IMG/VR virus record: IMGVR_UViG_3300027797_000026
Coordinates: 3,381-67,380 of that record
Source: a virus
Taxonomy: Duplodnaviria; Caudoviricetes
DNA: 64,000 nt
Strand: one strand, 5' to 3'
This document shows positions 17,543-27,562 of this stretch, one piece after another. Position 1 is the stretch's first letter. Every line of letters begins with the position of its first letter. The notes below the pieces were generated by a model. That model saw only the letters and a program-made list of their open reading frames with translations, was not told the DNA's origin and did no database searches. A program made the position numbers and the translations under genes.

Positions 17543-17779
17543 ATGGAAGAAAAAAGTCAATGGGAAAAATATAAAGAAAATCTAGGAGATACTAGGCCAT
17601 GGGATCTGCTAAACCCAAACACAGAATTTGCAGACGAATCCTTGCAAGAAGAAAGATATAGCATATGCAAGATGTGTCCAGAATTTATTGGTGTAACTTC
17701 TCAATGTAAAAAATGCGGTTGCATAATGAAGTTAAAAACAAAGCTTTTGTTAGCACAATGTCCATTAGAAAAATGGTAA
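17543..17779 (+). CDS. Cys-rich small protein (DUF6171-like)
   Basis: R..IC..CP...QCKKCGC.M..K......CP..KW; leaderless after TGCTACAAT. Confidence 0.7.
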   Translation: MEEKSQWEKYKENLGDTRPWDLLNPNTEFADESLQEERYSICKMCPEFIGVTSQCKKCGCIMKLKTKLLLAQCPLEKW

Positions 17780-17850
17780 ATTTAGCCAGTTTATAAATAT
17801 TTATAGGATATAATTAACTAAGTAACACGATTTATACAAGGGGGTAGCCA

Positions 17851-18408
17851 ATGGCCACCAGTTATCCAAACGCAATAGATCAGCTTATTAATCCAAGCGG
17901 ATCAGATGCATTATCAGCACCATCACATTCAGAACAGCACTCAAATGCAAATGATGCCATCGAGGCATTGCAAACAAAAGTTGGAGCAAATGGTTCAGCA
18001 GATGCTAACTCTTTAACATACAAAGTTAGTACTATTCAAACCGCATTAACAAATCTTACTAATAGCTCAGATACAATCTCAGAGCTTTTAGGTTTAGAAG
18101 GAAATAATGATCTTACAGTTTATGGAATTGAAAATCCAACCAACGTAGATTCATTTGCAAAGGCTACTTGGAGAACAGTCAATTACAATCTTCAGGTAAC
18201 AAAGGGAACAGATGTCTACACATCAGAAATCCTTGCTTCACATGATGGAACAAACATAATGGTTTCAGAGTCAAACATCATCTCAAACACCAGCACCAAC
18301 CTATTTACCTATACCTTTGAAGAAAACTCAGGTATAATTAGTTTAAGAATCACCCCTGTTTCTGGTTCTATTTCAGTTAGATTTTCAAGAACAGCGCTTA
18401 AAGCATAA
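17851..18408 (+). CDS. virion structural protein
   Basis: MATSYP..ID.L.NP...H..QH..ANDAIEALQ motif; C-terminal domain shared with next gene. Confidence 0.6.
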   Translation: MATSYPNAIDQLINPSGSDALSAPSHSEQHSNANDAIEALQTKVGANGSADANSLTYKVSTIQTALTNLTNSSDTISELLGLEGNNDLTVYGIENPTNVDSFAKATWRTVNYNLQVTKGTDVYTSEILASHDGTNIMVSESNIISNTSTNLFTYTFEENSGIISLRITPVSGSISVRFSRTALKA

Positions 18409-18436
18409 CAAAAAAGCAGTAAGAGGAGTCATATAA

Positions 18437-19999
18437 ATGGCAACAGTAACAAAAAACTTTAGAATTAAATCTGGCCTCATTGTTGAAGGTACTTCAGGTA
18501 CTATCAATGGCCAAAACATCCTTACAGAAACAGGTGGAGATAGTTATATCCTCAATCTTGTTGGTGGTGCTACTCTTGTAAAATCAGTAGAAGCAACCCA
18601 ACTTGAAGTCAACGGAGCTGGAAAACTATCCGTAAAATCTGGCGTATTTGATGCAGCAGGTGCAGCAGCAGCAGCACAGTCTGCAGCAGAAGCAACTGCA
18701 TCAGCAGATGCAAGCGCAAAAGCAGGCGCAGCACAATCAGCCGCAACAACAGCAGCAGCAACTGACGCAAATACAAAGGTAGCCGCAGAAGCAGCTCTCA
18801 GAGTATCAGGCGATTCAGCTTCAGTATCAACTGCAGCAGCAGATGCTACAACTAAGTCAGCAACTGCTAAGTCAGAGGCAATAGCTGCAGCAGCAACAGA
18901 TGCAACTACTAAGGTAGCAGCAGAAGCAGTACTTAGAGCATCAGGCGATACAGCTGCAATATCTGCAGCAGCAACAGATGCTACAACTAAAGCAGATGCC
19001 GCTCAAGCAGCCGCTATCTCAGCAGCAGCAACAGATGCGACTACAAAGGCTAACGCAGCAAAGGCTGGAGCAGAAGCAACAGCAGCAGCAGCACTAACAT
19101 CTGCAATCTCAACAGAGGTTTCAAACCGTAATACAGCAATTGGAGCAGCAGTAGATTCATTAGTAGATGGTGCACCAGGGATTCTTAACACATTAAATGA
19201 ATTAGCAGATGCAATTAACAATGATGCTAACTACACAACAACACTAACATCAGCACTTGCTCTAAAAGCTAACTCAGCAGATGTTACAACAGCAATTGCA
19301 ACAGCTAAATCAGAAGCAGCAACAGATGCAACAGACAAGGTAGCTGCAGAAGCAGCCCTCAGAGTATCAGGCGACTCAGCTTCAGTTTCAACTGCAGCAG
19401 CTGACGCAACATCAAAGGCTAACGCAGCCCAGGCAGCCGCTATCTCTGCAGCAGCAACTGATGCTACTACTAAGTCAGCAGCAGCACAAGCAGCAGCTAT
19501 TGCAGCAGCAGCAACTGATGCTACTACAAAGGCTGGAGCCGCACAATCTGCAGCAACAACAGCAGCAGCAACTGATGCTACTACAAAGGCAAATGCAGCT
19601 CAAGCAGCCGCAGAAGCTACTGCAGCAGCAGCTAATACAGCTCAGCAAGCAGGCACAACATCTTTCACAGCATTAAATGTTAACGACCAGGCTAAGCAAA
19701 TTGCAGCCTCATCTTCTGGAACAGCAACAGTTGCTGGAACAGCTTATGAGTGGGCAAAGGCTGATTACCGTTCAGGTAAGTTCCTTGTTAAAATTGACAA
19801 TGCAACTCACAATGAAATATCAGAAATTCTAGTAACACTAGATTCATCAGACAACGTAGCAGTTACAGAATATGCAATTGTCGGAACTAATGGATCAAGA
19901 GGAACTATTACAGCTGATGTATCAGGTTCAAACGTAAGAATACGGGTTACTCCAGTAAATAACTCAACAGTTAAAGTATCTGGAACACTGATTAAATAA
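18437..19999 (+). CDS. Ala-rich coiled-coil fibre protein
   Basis: many AATDATTKA repeats; AP..LNTLNELA motif. Confidence 0.7.
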   Translation: MATVTKNFRIKSGLIVEGTSGTINGQNILTETGGDSYILNLVGGATLVKSVEATQLEVNGAGKLSVKSGVFDAAGAAAAAQSAAEATASADASAKAGAAQSAATTAAATDANTKVAAEAALRVSGDSASVSTAAADATTKSATAKSEAIAAAATDATTKVAAEAVLRASGDTAAISAAATDATTKADAAQAAAISAAATDATTKANAAKAGAEATAAAALTSAISTEVSNRNTAIGAAVDSLVDGAPGILNTLNELADAINNDANYTTTLTSALALKANSADVTTAIATAKSEAATDATDKVAAEAALRVSGDSASVSTAAADATSKANAAQAAAISAAATDATTKSAAAQAAAIAAAATDATTKAGAAQSAATTAAATDATTKANAAQAAAEATAAAANTAQQAGTTSFTALNVNDQAKQIAASSSGTATVAGTAYEWAKADYRSGKFLVKIDNATHNEISEILVTLDSSDNVAVTEYAIVGTNGSRGTITADVSGSNVRIRVTPVNNSTVKVSGTLIK

Positions 20000-20008
20000 T
20001 TAAATAAA

Positions 20009-20040
20009 GGTTTTGGGGGATTCCTTAAAAATCCCCCACA
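20009..20040 (+). terminator. hairpin terminator
   Basis: TGGGGGATT/AATCCCCCA stem after stop. Confidence 0.6.
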
Positions 20041-20069
20041 ATAAACAATTAGGGGATATGTGAACTTAA

Positions 20070-20432
20070 ATGGCAACAGTAGATAAGAACTTTAAAGTAA
20101 AGAATGGGTTAAATGTAGCAGGAACTGCAACGTTTGATTCTAATATCGTATTAGGAACAGCCCCAATATCTTTTGATACAACAACAAAAAGGCTACAAGT
20201 CCAGATTGATGGATCTTGGCAGCCTATAGCTTTGTATTCAGAAATTCCAAATGAGGCAGAAATGCTTTCATTTATGGATGTAGGATTGGCAATTGATTAC
20301 AATGGCCAGCCAACATATATTATTCAGGCAAATGGAGTTACGCCATCAGGAACAAGCAAATATGTTTCTGGCGGAAATGCTTCAACTTCTGAGTTTGGAA
20401 TGACTTTTGATTCAGGAGCATTAGTAGCATGA
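20070..20432 (+). CDS. virion structural protein (paralogous MATV.KNF..K.GL N-terminus)
   Basis: N-terminus similar to 18437 gene. Confidence 0.6.
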   Translation: MATVDKNFKVKNGLNVAGTATFDSNIVLGTAPISFDTTTKRLQVQIDGSWQPIALYSEIPNEAEMLSFMDVGLAIDYNGQPTYIIQANGVTPSGTSKYVSGGNASTSEFGMTFDSGALVA

Positions 20433-20493
20433 TGCTTAATTGTAATGGTTTAAATGCTATAATTTCAATATATCAAATAAAAGGGGTGGCATA

Positions 20494-22956
20494 ATGTCAA
20501 CAGTAAGAATTCAAGTAAGAAGAGGTACAGCCTCTGAATGGACCGCAGCAAATCCAGTATTGGCTGCAGGTGAAATGGGTGTTGAAACAAACACTAATTT
20601 ATTTAAGTTTGGTAACGGGTCTTCTACATGGACTGCCCTTTCATATGCCAACAACTCAGACGTAGCAATTGGTGAAATTTCCCAAGATGCTATTGATACA
20701 GCCCTTACAATGGGCGCAGGACTAACAAAGACTTATAACGATGGAGCAAATACAATAACTATAACTGTTGATACAGCTGTAGTTTCAACAAAAGCATTTG
20801 CAACATCAGAAGCTGCAGCAGCACAGACTGCAGCAGCAACAGATGCAACTACTAAGGTTGCAGCAGAAGCAGTACTTAGAGCATCAGGCGATACAGCTGC
20901 AATAGCTGCAGCAGCAACATATACAGACTCTGCGGTAAATGGAGTCAACAGCTCATTATCAGGATACCTAGAAACAGGAGATAGAGGAGTAGCAGGCGGA
21001 GTAGCCTCACTTGATTCAAACGTTAAGGTTCCTCAAGCACAGCTTTCTTTAGGCAACTTAACAACAAATGTTACTACATCAGCTAACATGAATGCAGCAA
21101 ATATGACTGCAGAGAATATGACTTCAAGTACTTTATTGACAGCAAATAACGTAACTATTTCTGGAAACCTAACAGTTAACGGAACAGCTACAACTGTAAA
21201 CTCAACAAACGTAACAATTGATGATCCAATGATTTACATTGGTGATGGAAACCAGTCAAACGCAGTTGACCTTGGTGTTGTAGCAGCATTTAATAACGGA
21301 ACATATCAGCATGCTGGTCTTGTTCGTGATGCTTCAGACAACGGAATTTGGAAGTTATTCTCAGGAGTAGTATCAGAACCTGGAACAACAGTAGATTTTA
21401 CTACTTACACAAAAGACAAGCTAGAAGTAGGAACTTTATTTGCAGACATAGCACACATTGGAGCAGTATCAAATGCTGATCTTCAAAATGTAGCAGGTCT
21501 TACTTCACCAATTCAAACACAGCTTAATAATAAATTAGAGTTTGTAGCTGATGGCCATATAACATCACCTAGAATTGCAGATTTAGCAGTAATTAATGCA
21601 AAGATTGCAGATTCAGCAGTAAGTGTTGCAAAGCTTGCAGACGGTTCAGTCACTACTGCAAAAATTGGAAACGCAGCAGTAACAGCTGCAAAGATTGAAA
21701 ATGCAGCAGTTGGAGCATCTGCTCTAGCTTCTGATTCAGTAGAAACAGCAAAAATTATGAACGCAGCAGTAACTTCTGCAAAGCTTGCAGTTGATGCAGT
21801 TGCTACAGCAAACATTGCAGACGGCGCAGTAACTACCGCAGAGCTTGGAGCAGCAGCAGTAACAGCTGCAAAGATTGTAGACGGTGGAGTAACAAATGAT
21901 AAAATTGCAGACGTAACTATTACAAATGCAAAGATTTCAGCATCCGCCGCAATCGATCAATCAAAGGTTGCTGGACTAACTGAAGCGCTAGCTACAAAAG
22001 CAACAATTGATTCACCAACTTTCACTGGAGCAGTTGTTCTTCCAGCAACAACAACTATTGGTACAGTTGATTCAACCGAAATGGGATATCTAAACGGTGT
22101 TACATCTTCAGTTCAAACACAACTTACAGCTAATGCAACAGCGCTTTCAACACATGATGCAGATACAACAAATATTCATGGTATTGCAGATACTTCAGTC
22201 CTTGCAACAGCAACAACAGTTGCTACAGCAAAATCTGAAGCAATCACAGCAGCAGGAACAGCAGCAGACACAAAGGTTTCAACTGCAGTAGCAGCACTTA
22301 CAAAGTCTTCAGTAGGACTTGGAAGTGTTGACAATACAGCAGATGCTTCAAAGCCAGTATCTACAGCCCAGGCTACAGCAATCGCAACTGCTAAGTCAGA
22401 AGCAATTGCAGATGCAACATCACAGGTTAACGCATTACTAACAGGTGCACCAGCAGCACTAAATACACTTGATGAGCTTGCAGCAGCCCTTGGAGACGAC
22501 GCAAACTTTGCATCAACCGTTACAACATCACTTGCAGCAAAAGCACCAATTGCTAGCCCAACCTTTACTGGAACAGTAACAGTTGCAGCAGCAGGTGTAG
22601 CGTTTACAGATAAGACACAGACAAAAGCAGGTGTACCATCACTTACCGCAATAGCAGGAACTCAGTCAGCAAGCACAACGCTTGATGCTCTTGGAACAGA
22701 TGCAGCAGTAAGAGATTCACTAGTTCCTCTATCAGGAGCAGTAAACATCAGCTTTGAAGCAACAGGAAATGCTAAGTATGCGATTGGTTCTTCAATCAGC
22801 TTCTATCAATCAGCAGGAACTGGTGCAAACATAACTGGAAACACAATAACAATTCTTGCAACACCAGGTGCAACATTAAGAACAACAAATTCATCAGTAA
22901 CAGCCACTAAGGTTGCAGCAACAACATGGTTGTTAGCTGGAGACTTAAGAGCGTAA
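20494..22956 (+). CDS. long fibre protein with Mtd-type N-terminus and 10-aa AVT.AKIAD repeats
   Basis: IQVRRGTASEWT..NPVL..GEMGVET; decapeptide repeats; W.L.GDL C-terminus. Confidence 0.75.
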   Translation: MSTVRIQVRRGTASEWTAANPVLAAGEMGVETNTNLFKFGNGSSTWTALSYANNSDVAIGEISQDAIDTALTMGAGLTKTYNDGANTITITVDTAVVSTKAFATSEAAAAQTAAATDATTKVAAEAVLRASGDTAAIAAAATYTDSAVNGVNSSLSGYLETGDRGVAGGVASLDSNVKVPQAQLSLGNLTTNVTTSANMNAANMTAENMTSSTLLTANNVTISGNLTVNGTATTVNSTNVTIDDPMIYIGDGNQSNAVDLGVVAAFNNGTYQHAGLVRDASDNGIWKLFSGVVSEPGTTVDFTTYTKDKLEVGTLFADIAHIGAVSNADLQNVAGLTSPIQTQLNNKLEFVADGHITSPRIADLAVINAKIADSAVSVAKLADGSVTTAKIGNAAVTAAKIENAAVGASALASDSVETAKIMNAAVTSAKLAVDAVATANIADGAVTTAELGAAAVTAAKIVDGGVTNDKIADVTITNAKISASAAIDQSKVAGLTEALATKATIDSPTFTGAVVLPATTTIGTVDSTEMGYLNGVTSSVQTQLTANATALSTHDADTTNIHGIADTSVLATATTVATAKSEAITAAGTAADTKVSTAVAALTKSSVGLGSVDNTADASKPVSTAQATAIATAKSEAIADATSQVNALLTGAPAALNTLDELAAALGDDANFASTVTTSLAAKAPIASPTFTGTVTVAAAGVAFTDKTQTKAGVPSLTAIAGTQSASTTLDALGTDAAVRDSLVPLSGAVNISFEATGNAKYAIGSSISFYQSAGTGANITGNTITILATPGATLRTTNSSVTATKVAATTWLLAGDLRA

Positions 22957-22977
22957 TTGGAAAAATAGGAGAATAAA

Positions 22978-23820
22978 ATGTCAAAAAATATAGGTAATAA
23001 AGCCGCAGCACAAGACAACTTCATTGGACCAACGCCACCAACTAGTTTGACGGCAACCAACGTAGGTACTGGAAGATCATTTAATGATGGTCGTATAGAT
23101 CTAGCGTGGGTTGCTCCAACTGGTGGCAACGCCGCTACATCATATAAGATTATGCGTGGAGGAGCAGAAATTGCAACAGTTACTGCCCCTACCGTAACTT
23201 ATTCAAATACTGGATTAGCAGGAGGAACAGCTTATTCTTATACAGTAAGAGCAGTAGATTCCTTTGCAACTTCAACAGATTCAAATACAGCTTCAGCAAC
23301 AGCAACAACAAAGCCATCTGCTCCAACAAGCGCAGCAGCAACAGCTGGAGTTAATGCAAATACAGTTAGTTGGACAGCCCCATCAAATGGTGGATCTGCA
23401 ATAACTAATTACTATGTTGTTGGTAATGATGGAACAACTGGAAATACAGCTGCAGTATCTATATCAATTGCAGATACTGCTAATACATCTCAGTACTATA
23501 ACGTATATGCAGATAATGCTAATGGAAGATCAGATGCATCAAATAACACTAATACTGTTACTACTCTTGCTCCAAGCTTCTTTGCTCCACCGTTCTTCCC
23601 ACCGTTCTTTCCACCAAGCTTCTTTGCACCACCGTTCTTCCCACCATTCTTTCCACCAAGCTTCTTTGCGCCACCAGGATTCTTTGCGCCACCAAGCTTC
23701 TTTGCGCCACCAAGCTTCTCCTTCGCACCGCCAAGCTTCTTTGCGCCACCAAGCTTCTCCTTTGCTCCACCAAGCTTCTTTGCACCACCAGGGTTCTCTA
23801 ACTTTAGCAGATCCTATTAA
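22978..23820 (+). CDS. two-FN3-domain protein with (A)PP[SFG]FF repeat tail
   Basis: W.AP..GG...Y FN3 motifs; ~80-aa Pro/Phe/Ser/Ala repeat ending FSRSY. Confidence 0.75.
   Translation: MSKNIGNKAAAQDNFIGPTPPTSLTATNVGTGRSFNDGRIDLAWVAPTGGNAATSYKIMRGGAEIATVTAPTVTYSNTGLAGGTAYSYTVRAVDSFATSTDSNTASATATTKPSAPTSAAATAGVNANTVSWTAPSNGGSAITNYYVVGNDGTTGNTAAVSISIADTANTSQYYNVYADNANGRSDASNNTNTVTTLAPSFFAPPFFPPFFPPSFFAPPFFPPFFPPSFFAPPGFFAPPSFFAPPSFSFAPPSFFAPPSFSFAPPSFFAPPGFSNFSRSY
23570..23795 (+). repeat. tandem 12-21 bp coding repeats (CCACCAAGCTTCTTTGC core)
   Basis: visible in sequence. Confidence 0.85.
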
Positions 23821-23830
23821 TAATATAAAA

Positions 23831-23862
23831 CACAATAGCAAGGGGAAACCCTTGCTATTGTG
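23831..23862 (+). terminator. 14-bp stem, GAAA-loop hairpin between repeat protein and oxygenase operon
   Basis: CACAATAGCAAGGG-GAAA-CCCTTGCTATTGTG. Confidence 0.7.
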
Positions 23863-23892
23863 CTATATAAACATAAATGCTACAATATAAAC

Positions 23893-24606
23893 ATGACAAA
23901 TTTAAATGAAACTTTTGGATTTTCATCCAAAGAAATGCTTTTCCCAGGGGTTTGGGTTTATAGAGACGTAATTAAAAAAGAAACTGATGTCATTAATAGA
24001 CTTAATGAAATTGGTAATTCTGCAACTAATGACAATGATTCAAGGTACGAGTGGACTTTTGGTTTTGTTGGTTATAGCGAAAAAAGGCCATCATACAGAG
24101 ATTGCGAAGACATTAAAATAGGAGAAGTTAAAAATCCTAGATCTACAACAGAGTCATTAGTCAATAGTCTTTGGTCTGATTTAAGACAATCACAAATGCC
24201 AGCAGTTCAAGATTATTGTGATATGTATAATGTCAGAATGAATTATTGGGAAGTTATGAACTGTATTAGATATGGCAAAGGACAGCACTTTCAAGAACAT
24301 GCAGATCACGGATTTTCTTATAGCGCTACAGTATCATTAGTTGCATATGTAAATGACGAGTATGAAGGCGGAAACCTGTATTTCCCTAAGCTTAATTTAG
24401 ATATTAAACCAAAAGCAGGAGATCTTTATATATTCCCATCAACATATTTATTCTCACACAGAGCAATGCCAGTTGAGTCTGGCATGAAGGTTTCAATTGT
24501 AACTATGTTAGATTACAACGACCATTCACATAGACAAGAGTTTATGCAAATGAGAAGTAAATGGGTAGAAGAAGATTTGGCCTCTGGCAAAAATCAAAAT
24601 GCATAA
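23893..24606 (+). CDS. 2OG-Fe(II) oxygenase, prolyl-4-hydroxylase-like
   Basis: HADH, NDEYEGGNL, HRAMPV..G.K; leaderless after TGCTACAAT. Confidence 0.88.
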   Translation: MTNLNETFGFSSKEMLFPGVWVYRDVIKKETDVINRLNEIGNSATNDNDSRYEWTFGFVGYSEKRPSYRDCEDIKIGEVKNPRSTTESLVNSLWSDLRQSQMPAVQDYCDMYNVRMNYWEVMNCIRYGKGQHFQEHADHGFSYSATVSLVAYVNDEYEGGNLYFPKLNLDIKPKAGDLYIFPSTYLFSHRAMPVESGMKVSIVTMLDYNDHSHRQEFMQMRSKWVEEDLASGKNQNA

Positions 24607-25321
24607 TATAGAAGCCTATACTATAAGAGAAGGTTTAGGCCAGCTAAGCTCTTTGTCTGCTAAAAGAGACTGGATGGATAACACATACGATGCACACGCA
24701 TATAAATGTTTCCCAGTTAGCTTAACAAACCAGTTGGGCTGGGGCATATCTTTTCCAGAAGACATTTCTTTTATTTGGGATGGAATTTCAGACAGCACTC
24801 CAGAACACGTAAAAGTATTGTCTGGTGAAAAATATGCATATGCTGGAAGAGCTAATGGAACAATTAGTTTTAATACTGGGCTAATGTTTAAAACTGATGA
24901 AAACTTAAGTTTAATATCTATGCCCGTTCCAAATTTATTTATTGACGGAGCAACACCATTTACAACATTAATAAGCACGTCTTTTTTTAGAGGTGAACTA
25001 CCAGCAGCCTGGATGATAACTAAAGCAAATGAAGTTATAACAATTAAAGCAGGAACTCCAATAATTGCAATAATGACAATAGACTTAAACTCTATTAATA
25101 ATTCAGAAATAACATTTAAGCCAATTTCTAGTTTACCGCAACCCTCGTTTGACCCAAATGAGTATTCTAATGTTATTTACGAATTAAACAGGACCGCAAC
25201 ATGGTCTAATTTTTACAGAGATGCAGTTGACCATTTAAAAAGAAAAATAGGATCTCATCAAATAAAAGCAATTAGGTTAAAAGTAAATAATGATATAATG
25301 GAGCAAGGAGATAATAAATGA
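24599..25321 (+). CDS. DUF6065-like protein
   Basis: RDWMD...HAYKCFP...NQLGW motif. Confidence 0.6.
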   Translation: MHNIEAYTIREGLGQLSSLSAKRDWMDNTYDAHAYKCFPVSLTNQLGWGISFPEDISFIWDGISDSTPEHVKVLSGEKYAYAGRANGTISFNTGLMFKTDENLSLISMPVPNLFIDGATPFTTLISTSFFRGELPAAWMITKANEVITIKAGTPIIAIMTIDLNSINNSEITFKPISSLPQPSFDPNEYSNVIYELNRTATWSNFYRDAVDHLKRKIGSHQIKAIRLKVNNDIMEQGDNK

Positions 25322-25992
25322 AACCATCAAATAACTGGAACGGCAATCAGCCTAAATCTATAACCCCATCTGGGTTTTTTGGCAATTCTTCGAGTAACAT
25401 TGTAGAAATTAAAGATTTCTTGTCTATAGAAGAAAGAGAAAGACTAATGAAGTTTGCCCTAAACAATAAAGTTTGGGACATAACAGAGACTCACAGAGAC
25501 GAAGATGGTCTTGTTTTATATGATCACAGAGTTTGGGAAGACAGAGTTTGTACATACAACTCTTTAATGGCTTCAGATCCAAGTATATTAGAATTAATTT
25601 ATAGCATGATTGCAAGACTAAAAATTGAAGTTGATGCTTTCTTTGATGTTGATGCAAAAGAAACTGGGCCAGCAATTGTTAGATGGCCAGTCGGATCGAG
25701 ACAAGAGCCACACGCAGATAAAGAATTTCATTCTGGTGCAGAAAAGGGCAGAGCCAATGACTTTCCTTGGTATGATTTAGCTGGACTATTTTATTTTAAC
25801 GATGATTACGAAGGCGGAGAACTTTATTTCCCACAACATGGAATTGAATTTAAGCCAGTTGCTGGAGCTGCATATTTTTTTCCAGGAGACATGCATTATA
25901 CACACGGAGTACGTCCAGTAAAATCTGGAAATAGATTTACATCTCCATTTTTTTGGACGATTAAAAAACATACGGGGGAAAAACAGCCATGA
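25318..25992 (+). CDS. 2OG-Fe(II) oxygenase, prolyl-4-hydroxylase-like
   Basis: HADK, NDDYEGGEL, HGVRPVKSGNR. Confidence 0.9.
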   Translation: MKPSNNWNGNQPKSITPSGFFGNSSSNIVEIKDFLSIEERERLMKFALNNKVWDITETHRDEDGLVLYDHRVWEDRVCTYNSLMASDPSILELIYSMIARLKIEVDAFFDVDAKETGPAIVRWPVGSRQEPHADKEFHSGAEKGRANDFPWYDLAGLFYFNDDYEGGELYFPQHGIEFKPVAGAAYFFPGDMHYTHGVRPVKSGNRFTSPFFWTIKKHTGEKQP

Positions 25993-26807
25993 GTGAATTA
26001 GATTATGTAGAGCTTTATCCAAAGGTAGATGTGTACAGAAATGTATTACAAGACCCAGCACAACTTTATGAAGTAATGAACAATTCTGAAAAAACTTCAG
26101 AGGGGAAATACTTTTTACATAAATGGGACCCTTGGGCACATTTTGGTACTTACACACAGAAGAAAGATATGAGAGAGGTTTCTCCAGAAGTCTTGTCTGA
26201 CGAAATGTTTCTTAAAGAAAAGAAATTTGTTGAAGAAGTAGAAGAGGCATACAAAAAAGTAATTCTAGACTATGTAGAAAGACATGGGATTGATCTTCCA
26301 GAAGGATGGCATTTTAGCGGATGCTCATACTCTAAATATAATGCTAAAATTGATACCCTGCTTAATAAAATGACAATGCAATATCACACAGACCATATAA
26401 CTTCTCAAAAAGATATGCCTGGAGATAAATTTTTTCTAACATGCACAATGTACATTAACGATGACTATGATGGCGGAGACATAGAGTTTTATATTGATGG
26501 ACAGCTTATCAATCACAAACCAGCAGCTGGAGACATACTAGTGTTTCCATCTACTCAGCCATATTTTCATGGAGTAAAAACAATTAATACTAATGAAAAG
26601 TTTTTTGTTAGAAACTTTATAATGACCCCACACAACGGAACAGAAGAATGGCTAGCCAACCAAAGAAAATATGGGGCATACCGATGGGCAAAAACAGAAG
26701 CAGAAAGAATAGATTACGAAGACAAAAGAAACATGCTTTACTTTAATGATGGAAAAATTCTTTCATATGAAGATTATATTGAAATTAAAAAAGGGTGGTT
26801 AGATTAA
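25989..26807 (+). CDS. 2OG-Fe(II) oxygenase, prolyl-4-hydroxylase-like
   Basis: HTDH, NDDYDGGDI, HGVKTI...K. Confidence 0.88.
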   Translation: MSELDYVELYPKVDVYRNVLQDPAQLYEVMNNSEKTSEGKYFLHKWDPWAHFGTYTQKKDMREVSPEVLSDEMFLKEKKFVEEVEEAYKKVILDYVERHGIDLPEGWHFSGCSYSKYNAKIDTLLNKMTMQYHTDHITSQKDMPGDKFFLTCTMYINDDYDGGDIEFYIDGQLINHKPAAGDILVFPSTQPYFHGVKTINTNEKFFVRNFIMTPHNGTEEWLANQRKYGAYRWAKTEAERIDYEDKRNMLYFNDGKILSYEDYIEIKKGWLD

Positions 26808-26808
26808 A

Positions 26809-27561
26809 ATGGAAAGAGATATGATTATAACTAGACATAAGCCAGACATTGTTCAGTATGACAATTTTTTAACCCCAGAAGAATGTAAATCAATCATTGA
26901 TATCTTGGCAATAAAAATGGAAAAAGAGCAACTTAAATGGATGCCAATTTCATTTTATGAGTCTTATTCATCAGGAACCCCAGAGGTAAACGATCCAGAT
27001 GTGCTTGCGGCTAATCTCCCAGGAGATTTTTTTAAGTCATTAGAGCAGAGAGTAATTGATGCTACAGCAGAAATGGCAGGCAAAGATCCAAAGCAAATGT
27101 CAAAAATTAGTTGGCACTCACAAAGATGGGCACCAGGAGCATTTGCAAATATGCATTCTGACAATACTTCTAATGAAGGAGTGTCTGGAGCGTTTACTAG
27201 AAGTAGATACGCAACATTCCTTTATTTAAATGATGACTTTGAAGATGGAGTTTTAAACTTTAAGCACGGCCTAACAATTGTTCCAAAAACTGGAACCTTA
27301 GTAACATTTGCTGGTGGCTTTGAAAATATGCATGAAGTTACCACAGTAAAGAAAGCAATTCGATACACCCTAGGATCATTTTGGGATGACAGAGAAGAAT
27401 CAGATTACCCACAAGAAGTCAGAGATGCTTGGGCAGAAGAGCTTGCAAAGATACGAGCAATTCAAAAAGAAGAAGCGGCTGAATGGGAAGACTACAGAAA
27501 TAAAGGCCTTAGAATAACTTCACAAGGAAAAGAATATCCTGCTTCAGAAGTGGAAAATTAA
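26809..27561 (+). CDS. 2OG-Fe(II) oxygenase, prolyl-4-hydroxylase-like
   Basis: DNFLTPEEC, HSDN, YLNDDFEDG, HEV..V...RY. Confidence 0.88.
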   Translation: MERDMIITRHKPDIVQYDNFLTPEECKSIIDILAIKMEKEQLKWMPISFYESYSSGTPEVNDPDVLAANLPGDFFKSLEQRVIDATAEMAGKDPKQMSKISWHSQRWAPGAFANMHSDNTSNEGVSGAFTRSRYATFLYLNDDFEDGVLNFKHGLTIVPKTGTLVTFAGGFENMHEVTTVKKAIRYTLGSFWDDREESDYPQEVRDAWAEELAKIRAIQKEEAAEWEDYRNKGLRITSQGKEYPASEVEN

Positions 27562-27562
27562 T

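Noticed and set aside
13500-22956. Diversity-generating retroelement suggested by Mtd-type N-termini and the 92-bp repeat
   Set aside because: No reverse transcriptase in the window; both repeat copies are coding, internal Ala-rich segments without an adenine-specific mismatch series
23570-23795. Resemblance of PPFF repeats to cyclic peptides such as antamanide
   Set aside because: No protease or cyclase recognisable nearby and no leader/follower pattern; compositional similarity only
17223-23890. Trp-rich, His/Gln-rich and Gly-rich alternative-frame ORFs over the Pro/Phe repeats
   Set aside because: Shadow frames of low-complexity repeats; no RBS or promoter support
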